A DNA stretch of 32,750 nt from Sulfurihydrogenibium sp. (GCA_037442825.1 JBBIPN010000006.1:1-32750); one strand, 5' to 3'; shown: positions 10,562 to 18,393, counted from the stretch's first letter. Made by a program: numbers and translations. The notes: a model not told the origin generated them from the sequence alone.

Positions 10562-10781
10562 TAATGTAAATAAAACATTTTCCTTTTTAACTATAGGATT
10601 ACATTTAGTTTCTGGTATAATTGTAGGTGTTGCTATAGGGTATTTTCTTGATAAATTTTTCGGAACATCTCCTTACTTAACGTTAATATTTTTCTTTTTA
10701 GGTCTTCTTGCAGGCTTTAAAAATATGTATGTAGATGCTAAAAAATATATAGAAAGTCAGGAAGAGAGTAAAAAGAAATAA
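10554..10781 (+). CDS. AtpZ/AtpI-family (ATPase gene 1) small membrane protein
   Basis: Two TM helices with pattern IGYFLDKFFGTSPYLTLIFFFLGLLAGF. Confidence 0.75.
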   Translation: MSNNVNKTFSFLTIGLHLVSGIIVGVAIGYFLDKFFGTSPYLTLIFFFLGLLAGFKNMYVDAKKYIESQEESKKK

Positions 10782-10901
10782 AACATTCTTTTTCTTTATC
10801 TTTTTTTTCAAAATTTTTATTCATTACACAAAACCATTGATTTTAAAGAAAAATAACTTATTAATTAGTATTGATAAAAAACTTTAAAAGGAGGATTTAA
10901 G

Positions 10902-11336
10902 ATGAACTTTGAAAAGTATGTAGAAAAAGGAAACATCTTTTTGAAAGAACTTGCTGAAGAACTTGGTATTCCAGAAGATAAAGAAAGAGCAGGAAGAATA
11001 CTTAGAACTGTTTTACATACTCTTAGAAGAAGGTTAACATTAGAAGAATCTTTCGATTTAATATCTCAACTTCCAATGTGTATAAAAGCAATATATGTTG
11101 ATGGTTGGAAACCTTCACCATTTCCAGATAAAACTATAAAAACAGCAGAAGATTTTATAAATGAAGTTTTAGAAGAAGATAAAAGATCTGCTGGAAAAGA
11201 TTTTGGAAATGAAGAACATGCAAAACAAGTTATAAAAGCAGTTTTTAGAGTTATAAAGGGACATGTTTCTGATGGTGAAATCCAAGATATAAAAGGAGAT
11301 TTACCAAAAAGTTTAAAAACTTTATTTGAAGATTGA
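10902..11336 (+). CDS. DUF2267-like helical protein
   Basis: RTVLHTLRRRL...LISQLP...GW and AVFRVIKGHVSDGEI...LP motifs, typical of this family. GGAGG RBS. Confidence 0.75.
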   Translation: MNFEKYVEKGNIFLKELAEELGIPEDKERAGRILRTVLHTLRRRLTLEESFDLISQLPMCIKAIYVDGWKPSPFPDKTIKTAEDFINEVLEEDKRSAGKDFGNEEHAKQVIKAVFRVIKGHVSDGEIQDIKGDLPKSLKTLFED

Positions 11337-11531
11337 TTATATATTATTATCTTTTTCTATATTTTTCTTTTCATACTTTTTAGCTCTTTCGTCTTGCTGT
11401 TGATGTTTTTTAACAAATTTAAAGATATAAACTAAGATAATAATAGCTATTGTCCATCCAATGAAATGTACTATACCTTGCATTGCAGTGTAATTGTGAG
11501 CAAGATTAACTATTCCTTGATACGGTTCCAT
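11337..11531 (-). CDS. Small single-TM hypothetical membrane protein, 64 aa
   Basis: GAGGTG RBS upstream, one TM helix followed by a basic tail, divergent from mrp. Confidence 0.7.
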   Translation of the reverse strand: MEPYQGIVNLAHNYTAMQGIVHFIGWTIAIIILVYIFKFVKKHQQQDERAKKYEKKNIEKDNNI

Positions 11532-11567
11532 ATATTCACCTCATATTTAAGACTTTCATATCTCGAA

Positions 11568-11581
11568 ATGACTTCAATCAT
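11568..11581. promoter_or_regulatory. TGA-N6-TCA palindrome (Crp/Fnr-like) upstream of mrp
   Basis: ATGACTTCAATCAT. TATAAT at 11584 and TATTAT at 11603. A similar site occurs before iscU. Confidence 0.4.
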
Positions 11582-11632
11582 AGTATAATTAAATATATAG
11601 TTTATTATATCATAACTAAAAAGGAGGTTTAT

Positions 11633-12709
11633 ATGGCACTTCAAGGAATAGTAGATACCTTAAAAAAAGCAACATTAGAAGAAATAGGTATTAGTTTTTC
11701 ATTAGCAGATTTAATGAAAGATTTAAAAGTAGAAGGTGATAATGTATATATACTAATATTCTCTCCAAGTGAAAAATACCATGACTATTTAAAAGAAAAA
11801 GTAAGAAATACCCTTGGTTCTATTGGAGCTAAAGATATAACTGTGGAGTTTACAGATAAACCACCTGTCAGTAAACAACCACCGACACCACCTCCTCAAC
11901 CACAGAATCCATTTGAAACAAGGAGAAGAATACCTAACGTTAAAAACGTTATAGCAGTAGCTTCAGGTAAAGGTGGCGTTGGAAAATCTACTGTTGCAGT
12001 TAATTTAGCATCTGCACTCAAAAAACTTGGATACAACGTAGGATATTTAGATGCTGATATGTATGGTCCAAGTGGTCCAACCATGTTTGGTGCTAAAGAT
12101 AAGAAAGTAATGGCAAGGCAAACACCAGAAGGAGATAAAATCATAGCACCAGAAGCACATGGTGTTAAAGTTATGTCTATAGGTTTCTTACTTCCTTCAG
12201 AAGATACACCAGTTATATGGAGAGGACCTGTTTTATTTAAAGCGTTAACACAGTTTCTATTTGACATTGATTGGGGTGAAAAACCTTTAGATTTCTTAGT
12301 TATAGATTTACCACCAGGAACAGGAGATGTTCAGATTACATTAGGTCAAACTGCTGAGATTGATGGAGCTGTAATTGTAACTACACCACAAGACGTTGCA
12401 CTTATTGACGTTAAAAAAGGAATACAGATGTTTAACGAAGTCAAGATTCCTATTTTAGGTGTAGTTGAAAATATGAGTTACTTCGTTTGTCCTGATAGTG
12501 GGAAAATATATGAAATATTTGGAAAAAGTAAAACAGAAGAAGTTGCAAAAAGTTATGGAACAGGTCTTTTAGGTAAAATACCTATTGAACCAAAGGTAGC
12601 AGAGTTTTCAGATTTAGGTATTCCAATTGTATTTGCAAAGGAAGACTCTCAGTCTACACAAGAATTTATAAATATAGCAAGAAAAATTGCAGAGAAATTA
12701 AAAGCTTAG
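11633..12709 (+). CDS. mrp: Mrp/NBP35 (ApbC) Fe-S carrier ATPase with N-terminal DUF59-like domain
   Basis: ASGKGGVGKST, DADMYGPS, WRGP, DLPPGTGD, TTPQ and ENMS motifs. Confidence 0.92.
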   Translation: MALQGIVDTLKKATLEEIGISFSLADLMKDLKVEGDNVYILIFSPSEKYHDYLKEKVRNTLGSIGAKDITVEFTDKPPVSKQPPTPPPQPQNPFETRRRIPNVKNVIAVASGKGGVGKSTVAVNLASALKKLGYNVGYLDADMYGPSGPTMFGAKDKKVMARQTPEGDKIIAPEAHGVKVMSIGFLLPSEDTPVIWRGPVLFKALTQFLFDIDWGEKPLDFLVIDLPPGTGDVQITLGQTAEIDGAVIVTTPQDVALIDVKKGIQMFNEVKIPILGVVENMSYFVCPDSGKIYEIFGKSKTEEVAKSYGTGLLGKIPIEPKVAEFSDLGIPIVFAKEDSQSTQEFINIARKIAEKLKA

Positions 12710-12718
12710 GAGGTTACT

Positions 12719-13930
12719 ATGAATAAAAGGATATATGTAGACCATTTAGCAACTACACCAGTATGTGATGAAGCAATAGAAGCTATGATGCCATATTTAA
12801 AAGAAAAGTTTGGTAATCCAACATCATTACATGAAATGGGAATAGAAGCAAAGAAAGCAATAAATAGAGCAAGAGAGCAAGTTGGAGAACTTTTAAACAT
12901 TTCTAAACCTGAAGAAATTGTTTTTACATCTGGAGCGATAGAAGCAAATAACCTTGCTATTAAAGGTTATGCAAAAGCACCAGGTAGAAGAGGAAAACAT
13001 ATTGTAGTTTCAGCAATAGAACATCACTCTATTTTACACTCCTGTAAAACACTCGAAAAGGAAGGCTTTGAGATTACAGAAGTCCAACCTGACGAATATG
13101 GAATTATAAGTCCAGAAAAACTTGCTGAAGCTGTCAGAGATGATACCATACTTGTATCTGTAGGGTTTGCAAACAGGGAAATAGGTACAATTCAAGATAT
13201 GCCAGCATTAGTAGCTGCTGTAAAAGAGAAAAACCCAAGGGTAGTTTTCCATTCAGATATAGCTGCTGCTGTTGGACATATGCCTGTAGATGTTGAAGGA
13301 TGGGGTCTTGATATGGCATCCTTCACAGGTCATTACTTCTATGCACCTAAAGGTGTTGGTGGTTTGTATATTAAAAAAGGCATCAGAATAAAACCACTTA
13401 TAGAAGGTGGAATACAAGAAGGTGGTAGAAGAGCAGGTACAGAAAACGTACCTGGCATTGTAGGAATGGGAGCTGCAGCAGAACTTGCAATAAAAGAAAT
13501 GGATGATAGAGTAAACAGATTGAAGTACCTTAGAGATAAACTAAAAAAAGGAATTGAAGAAAGGATACCTTACATAAAATTTACAGGACATCCAGAAAAA
13601 AGATTACCAAACCATCTATCTTTAATTGTTATGTATATAGAAGGTGAAGCAATGTTACTTATGCTAAATATAAAGAAAACCTACACAGCTTCAGGTTCTG
13701 CTTGTGTATCTTACGCTTTAAAACAATCTCACGTTTTAGCAGCTATAGGTGTTGAGAAAGAAGCATCAAACGGTTCTATCGTATTTTCTTTAGGTAGAGA
13801 CAACACTAAAGAAGATATAGATTATATAATAGAAGAATATCCAAAAGTAATAGCAAGATTAAGGGAGATTTCTCCATTTAACCCAGAAAACTGGGAAGAG
13901 TTTACAAAGAAAGCATCAAAATTTAAATAA
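12719..13930 (+). CDS. iscS: IscS/NifS-family homologue lacking the PLP Schiff-base lysine (probably not a canonical cysteine desulfurase)
   Basis: Fold motifs ATTP, GNPTSLH, RAGTENVP and SGSAC (Cys329) are present, but GHK is GHY (Tyr206). Confidence 0.85.
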   Translation: MNKRIYVDHLATTPVCDEAIEAMMPYLKEKFGNPTSLHEMGIEAKKAINRAREQVGELLNISKPEEIVFTSGAIEANNLAIKGYAKAPGRRGKHIVVSAIEHHSILHSCKTLEKEGFEITEVQPDEYGIISPEKLAEAVRDDTILVSVGFANREIGTIQDMPALVAAVKEKNPRVVFHSDIAAAVGHMPVDVEGWGLDMASFTGHYFYAPKGVGGLYIKKGIRIKPLIEGGIQEGGRRAGTENVPGIVGMGAAAELAIKEMDDRVNRLKYLRDKLKKGIEERIPYIKFTGHPEKRLPNHLSLIVMYIEGEAMLLMLNIKKTYTASGSACVSYALKQSHVLAAIGVEKEASNGSIVFSLGRDNTKEDIDYIIEEYPKVIARLREISPFNPENWEEFTKKASKFK

Positions 13931-13944
13931 GTGATATTAATCAT
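13931..13944. promoter_or_regulatory. TGA-N6-TCA palindrome (Crp/Fnr-like) upstream of iscU
   Basis: GTGATATTAATCAT, centred 29.5 bp before TATTTT (13967-13972), matching class II (-41.5) geometry. Confidence 0.4.
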
Positions 13945-14001
13945 TGGAATGAAAATTTTAAAGGAATATTTTAAAGTAAACTAAATCAGGAGGTTTTTGA
14001 A

Positions 14002-14463
14002 ATGTTTGAGTATACAGAAAAAGTTATGGATCACTTTATGAATCCAAGGAACCTTGGAGAAATACCAAATCCAGATGGTTATGGTCAATGTGGAAATCCA
14101 TCTTGTGGTGACGCTATGTTATTTACAATAAAAGTAGATAAAGATACTGATATAATCACAGATGTTAAATTTAAAACATTTGGTTGTGGTTCAGCTATAG
14201 CAGTGTCATCAGTATTAACAGAGATGGTAAAAGGTAACTCTATAAATTATGCTTTAAATCTTACATACAAAGAGATATTTGAAGAGTTAGGTGGATTACC
14301 ACCACAAAAGATTCATTGTACAAACTTAGGACTTGAGACCTTACACGTTGCTATAAAAGACTATCTATTAAAACAAGGAAGAGTTGAAGAAGCAAATAAA
14401 ATTCCTGACTGTATAGAAGAAGATCACGAAGAAGAAACCATATCTTTAGAACATATAGGATAA
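14002..14463 (+). CDS. iscU: Fe-S cluster scaffold IscU/NifU-N
   Basis: HFMNPRNLG, CGD (C35, D37), KTFGCGSAIA (C62), LPPQKIHC (H105, C106). Confidence 0.93.
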   Translation: MFEYTEKVMDHFMNPRNLGEIPNPDGYGQCGNPSCGDAMLFTIKVDKDTDIITDVKFKTFGCGSAIAVSSVLTEMVKGNSINYALNLTYKEIFEELGGLPPQKIHCTNLGLETLHVAIKDYLLKQGRVEEANKIPDCIEEDHEEETISLEHIG

Positions 14464-15521
14464 TGAAAAGAAAAGCTGTAGCACTTTACTCAGGAGGGCT
14501 TGATAGTACTTTAGCTATCAAGCTTATCCAAAATCAAGGAATAGATGTTTTAGCTATTCATTTCTATACAGGATTTTGTATAACAGAAACAAAAAGAAGA
14601 AGAGGAGAAAAAAAAGAAGACGGTACATACTATATGAACCCAGCTTTAAAGTATGCTGCAAAGTATGGATTTAAATTAGAAATAGTAGATATATCAGAAG
14701 GTTATATGGATGTTATTCTAAACCCTAAGTACGGTTATGGTGCAAATATAAATCCATGTATAGATTGTAGAATATACATGCTTAAAAAAGCAAAAGAGAT
14801 AATGAAAGAAATTGGAGCCGACTTTGTAATTTCTGGAGAAGTCTTAGGTCAGAGACCAAAAAGTCAAAAATCTTTTCCTATGAAAATAATAGAAAAAGAT
14901 TCTGGATTGGAAGGTTTGATACTAAGACCTCTTTCTGCAAAAAAACTACCACCAACAATTCCAGAAATTAAAAAGTGGGTTGATAGAGAAAAACTTGAAG
15001 GAATAGTAGGAAGAAGTAGAAAAAGACAAATTCAACTTGCAAAAGAGCTTGGTATAGAAGAATATGAATCTCCAGGAGGCGGTTGTTGTTATCTTACTGA
15101 TGAAAATTATGCTTTTAAATACAAAGAAACATTAGAAAGGGAACATAAGATAACGTACGATGACTTAGTTTTATTTACAGTTGGAAGACATTTTAGATTA
15201 GATTCTGGAACAAAAGTTATAGTATCAAGAAATGAAGGAGAAAATAACTTTCTATCAGGGTTTAAGAAAAAATATCATTTCTTTGAACCAGTTGGTAAAG
15301 GACCAGTAGCAATAATAAAAACTTTAGAAGATTCCTACTTAGATGAAGATGATAAACAGATTATAGCCAATATAATAGCAAGATATTCTAAAACAGACAA
15401 TGGAAAAATTGATGTAAAATATTATTATGTGGATAATGTTGAAACGTTGGTAGGTTTTCAAATAGAAGATGAAATTTTAAATGAATGGAGGATATCACAA
15501 TGGAAATCAAAGCAGACATAG
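14463..15521 (+). CDS. PP-loop ATPase of the ThiI/MnmA-like sulfurtransferase group, THUMP-less, with a probable C-terminal DUF814/NFACT-R-like domain
   Basis: SGGLDS PP-loop, NPCIDCR, GEVLGQRPKSQ, LRPLSAK, GGGCC, GRHFR and RNEGEN motifs. Confidence 0.75.
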   Translation: MKRKAVALYSGGLDSTLAIKLIQNQGIDVLAIHFYTGFCITETKRRRGEKKEDGTYYMNPALKYAAKYGFKLEIVDISEGYMDVILNPKYGYGANINPCIDCRIYMLKKAKEIMKEIGADFVISGEVLGQRPKSQKSFPMKIIEKDSGLEGLILRPLSAKKLPPTIPEIKKWVDREKLEGIVGRSRKRQIQLAKELGIEEYESPGGGCCYLTDENYAFKYKETLEREHKITYDDLVLFTVGRHFRLDSGTKVIVSRNEGENNFLSGFKKKYHFFEPVGKGPVAIIKTLEDSYLDEDDKQIIANIIARYSKTDNGKIDVKYYYVDNVETLVGFQIEDEILNEWRISQWKSKQT

Positions 15522-15733
15522 TACACGATGCAACGGGAACATACTGCCCAATACCAATAACAGAGCTTGCAAAGGTAGCAAAGAAAGCAGAAAAAGGACA
15601 AATAATAGAACTTTTAGCAGATGATGAGGGTGCTATTCAGGATGTACCAGCATGGTGCCAAACAACTGGGAATGAATATTTAGGTTATAAAGAAGAAGAT
15701 GGAGTTTATCACTTTTACGTTAGGAAGGTATAA
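15500..15733 (+). CDS. tusA: TusA/SirA-family sulfur carrier (start revised to ATG 15500)
   Basis: DATGTYCPIP motif, ADDEGAIQDVPAWC. GGAGG RBS before 15500. Confidence 0.85.
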   Translation: MEIKADIVHDATGTYCPIPITELAKVAKKAEKGQIIELLADDEGAIQDVPAWCQTTGNEYLGYKEEDGVYHFYVRKV

Positions 15734-15954
15734 TGAAGTTGACAGTAGAAAGTAAAATATCAGATATATTTAAAGAGCTTCCTAAAATTGAGGAAATTTT
15801 GAAACCACATTTAAAATATTTTTACGACGAAAGACTTGATAAAATTATTTTTAAAAAAATTAGTCTATTAGGTGCATTAAAATTGATAAATATTTCTCAA
15901 GAAGATAGAGAAAAAATTATTCAAGAGTTTTATAAGATCGTGAATAAACATTAG
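15733..15954 (+). CDS. Small hypothetical helical protein (DUF1858-like appearance)
   Basis: TAATG stop/start coupling to tusA. Pattern KISDIFKELPKIEEIL...SLLGALKL loosely resembles DUF1858. Confidence 0.6.
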   Translation: MKLTVESKISDIFKELPKIEEILKPHLKYFYDERLDKIIFKKISLLGALKLINISQEDREKIIQEFYKIVNKH

Positions 15955-15963
15955 GAGTCAAAA

Positions 15964-16218
15964 ATGGTAGATTTAGATAGGGAACAAGAAGTTAGAGTAA
16001 TTTTAGAAAAAATCAGACCAGCACTTTTAGAAGATGCTGGCAATATAGATCTTGTTAAAGTTGAAGGAGATGAGGTTTTTTTAAAACTTTATGGAACCTG
16101 TCAAACCTGTCCTGTTGCTGATATGACAATGAAAAACCTTGTAATTTACACAATAAAAGAATCTTTACCTTGGGTTAAAGCAGTAAACATAGGAGAAGAA
16201 AAATATCAGATAACATGA
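15964..16218 (+). CDS. NifU C-terminal (Nfu) domain Fe-S carrier
   Basis: LEKIRPALLEDAGNIDLV...LKLYGTCQTCP (CxxC). Confidence 0.88.
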   Translation: MVDLDREQEVRVILEKIRPALLEDAGNIDLVKVEGDEVFLKLYGTCQTCPVADMTMKNLVIYTIKESLPWVKAVNIGEEKYQIT

Positions 16219-17060
16219 TAATTAACGGAGAAACAAAAGTATACGGAATTTTTGGTTATCCAGTAAAACACTCAAAATCTCCTTTATTTCAAACAGAAGC
16301 ATTTAAACATTGTGAAATAAATGCGGTTTACGTTCCATTTGAAGTTAAACCAGAAAATATTCAAAAAGCTGTTGAATCGGTAAAAGCATTAAATATTCAA
16401 GGTATAAATATAACAGTGCCCCATAAAGAATCTGTTATTCCTTATTTAAATGAGCTATCAGAAGAAGTAAAGATAATAAAAGCTGTAAACACAATAAAAA
16501 ATGTAGATGGATATTTAATTGGTTATAACACAGATTGGTATGGTTTTATAGAAGGTTTAAAAGAAATTTTCCCAAACATTTCTGGTAAGAGAGTTTTAGT
16601 TATAGGAGCTGGTGGAAGTACAAGAGCTGTCATTTATGGTTTATTAAATGAAGGTGTAGGAAAGGTTTACATTGCAAATAGAACTATTAATAAAGCACAA
16701 CAGATAATAGAAGATTTTTCGGAAGTTTATAGAATAGCTAAAATGATTTTGAAATCCATAAGTTTAAAGGATATTGAAAATATCATTGATGAAGTAGACT
16801 TAATTGTCAATACTACTTCAGTTGGTTTGGTGGAAGATGATTTACCTATATTTAACTATGATATACTAAAACAAAAACATACAGTTGTTGATATTATATA
16901 CAAAGAAACACCATTACTAAAAAAAGCAAAAGAAAAAAATCTAAAATATCAAAATGGTTATCCTATGCTTATATACCAAGGTGCTAAATCTTTTGAAATA
17001 TGGACAGGACAAAAAGCACCTATAAATGTAATCAAAAAAGTTTTAGGTATTGAAAAATAA
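16215..17060 (+). CDS. aroE: Shikimate dehydrogenase
   Basis: HSKSP, NITVPHK, AVNT, NTDWYGF, GAGG, NRT and MLIYQG motifs. ATGA overlap with the nfu gene. Confidence 0.95.
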   Translation: MIINGETKVYGIFGYPVKHSKSPLFQTEAFKHCEINAVYVPFEVKPENIQKAVESVKALNIQGINITVPHKESVIPYLNELSEEVKIIKAVNTIKNVDGYLIGYNTDWYGFIEGLKEIFPNISGKRVLVIGAGGSTRAVIYGLLNEGVGKVYIANRTINKAQQIIEDFSEVYRIAKMILKSISLKDIENIIDEVDLIVNTTSVGLVEDDLPIFNYDILKQKHTVVDIIYKETPLLKKAKEKNLKYQNGYPMLIYQGAKSFEIWTGQKAPINVIKKVLGIEK

Positions 17061-17077
17061 ATTTTTTAGTGTATAAT
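17050..17077 (+). promoter_or_regulatory. Sigma70-type promoter of the DEAD-box helicase
   Basis: TTGAAA-N16-TATAAT. Confidence 0.55.
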
Positions 17078-17093
17078 AGATACAAGAATATAA

Positions 17094-17166
17094 AAAGAGG
17101 AAAAAAGTCCTCACAAATCCCATTAGATTCAAATCTAATGACAGTCTGAAGATTCTTTTCCTCTTT
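17094..17166 (+). promoter_or_regulatory. Structured 5' leader RNA (long outer stem enclosing inner hairpins)
   Basis: AAAGAGGAAAA pairs with TTTTCCTCTTT (11 bp). Inner CATTAGAT/ATCTAATG hairpin at 17121-17140. Confidence 0.55.
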
Positions 17167-17196
17167 AAAAATAAAATTTTTTAAGGAGGCATTTTT

Positions 17197-18384
17197 ATGT
17201 CAAATCATCAAAAAACATTTAGAGATTTAAACATTTCTAAGGAAACTTTAAAATCTCTTGAAGATTTAGGTTATTTAAAACCAACAGAAATTCAAGAGAA
17301 AGCAATCCCATTAGTTATGGAAGGAAAAGATTTAGTAGCACAAGCACAAACTGGTACTGGAAAAACAGCTGCATTTGGAATACCAATAGTTGAAAAAGTA
17401 AATCCTAAACAAAGAAAAATCCAAGCTCTTATTTTAGTTCCTACAAGAGAGTTGGCTATACAAGTAGCAAAAGAGATTAGAGACATTGGAAAAAATAAAA
17501 AAGTTTATACATTAGCTGTGTATGGCGGTAAATCTATACAACATCAAATAAACTTTTTAAGGAAAGGTAGTGATGTTGTTGTAGTAGGAACACCTGGTAG
17601 AGTAAAAGATCTATTAGAAAGAGGACATTTAAAATTAGATAATGTAAAAATGTTTGTTCTTGATGAAGCAGATAGAATGTTAGAAATGGGATTTATTGAA
17701 GATATTGAAGATATAATGTCATATTTACCTGAAAATCAACAAAATTTACTATTTTCTGCTACTATGCCAAAAGAAATTTTAGATTTAGCACAAGAATTTT
17801 TAAATCCTGATTATAATACTATTAAAGTAAAACCAGATGAAGTTACTGTTGAAAAGATAAAACAGGTAATCTATAGAGTTAATATGAGAGATAAGTATAA
17901 AAAATTAACAGAAGTTTTATTTCACGAAGAAGAATCAGATAAGATAATAATCTTCACTCAAACAAAATTAGAAGCTGATGACCTTGCAAATCAACTTAAA
18001 GATGAAGGATTTAGTGTAAGTGCGATACACGGTGATTTTTCACAAAAGAAAAGAGAAACTGTTTTAAACAACTTTAGAACAGGTAAATTAAAAGTATTAG
18101 TTGCTACAGATGTTGCGGCAAGGGGATTGGATATTAAAGGTGTTAGCCTTGTTATCAATTATGGTTTACCAAGAGATACAGAAAGTTATATACATAGAAT
18201 TGGAAGAACTGGTAGAGCTGGCAGAGAAGGAACTGCAATATCTATTATGACACCATCAGAAGATAAACAACTTTTAAACATCCAAAGAAAGACAAAAGCT
18301 AATATAGAATTTATCAATCAAGTTGAAGAAAAAGTCCATACCGAAAGAAAGCAGACAAGAAGAAGATTTTTAAAAAGAAGTTAA
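17197..18384 (+). CDS. DEAD-box RNA helicase (CshA/DeaD-like, short C-tail)
   Basis: Q motif, AQTGTGKT, PTRELA, DEAD, SAT, ARGLD and HRIGRTGR motifs. Confidence 0.95.
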   Translation: MSNHQKTFRDLNISKETLKSLEDLGYLKPTEIQEKAIPLVMEGKDLVAQAQTGTGKTAAFGIPIVEKVNPKQRKIQALILVPTRELAIQVAKEIRDIGKNKKVYTLAVYGGKSIQHQINFLRKGSDVVVVGTPGRVKDLLERGHLKLDNVKMFVLDEADRMLEMGFIEDIEDIMSYLPENQQNLLFSATMPKEILDLAQEFLNPDYNTIKVKPDEVTVEKIKQVIYRVNMRDKYKKLTEVLFHEEESDKIIIFTQTKLEADDLANQLKDEGFSVSAIHGDFSQKKRETVLNNFRTGKLKVLVATDVAARGLDIKGVSLVINYGLPRDTESYIHRIGRTGRAGREGTAISIMTPSEDKQLLNIQRKTKANIEFINQVEEKVHTERKQTRRRFLKRS

Positions 18385-18393
18385 TATAAAAAA

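Noticed and set aside
8547..17486. Short - strand ORFs (8547, 8790, 9724, 10315, 11896, 12706, 13134, 17292)
   Set aside because: Antisense to well-supported genes. The hydrophobicity of 8790-9029 simply mirrors the CAA-rich linker.
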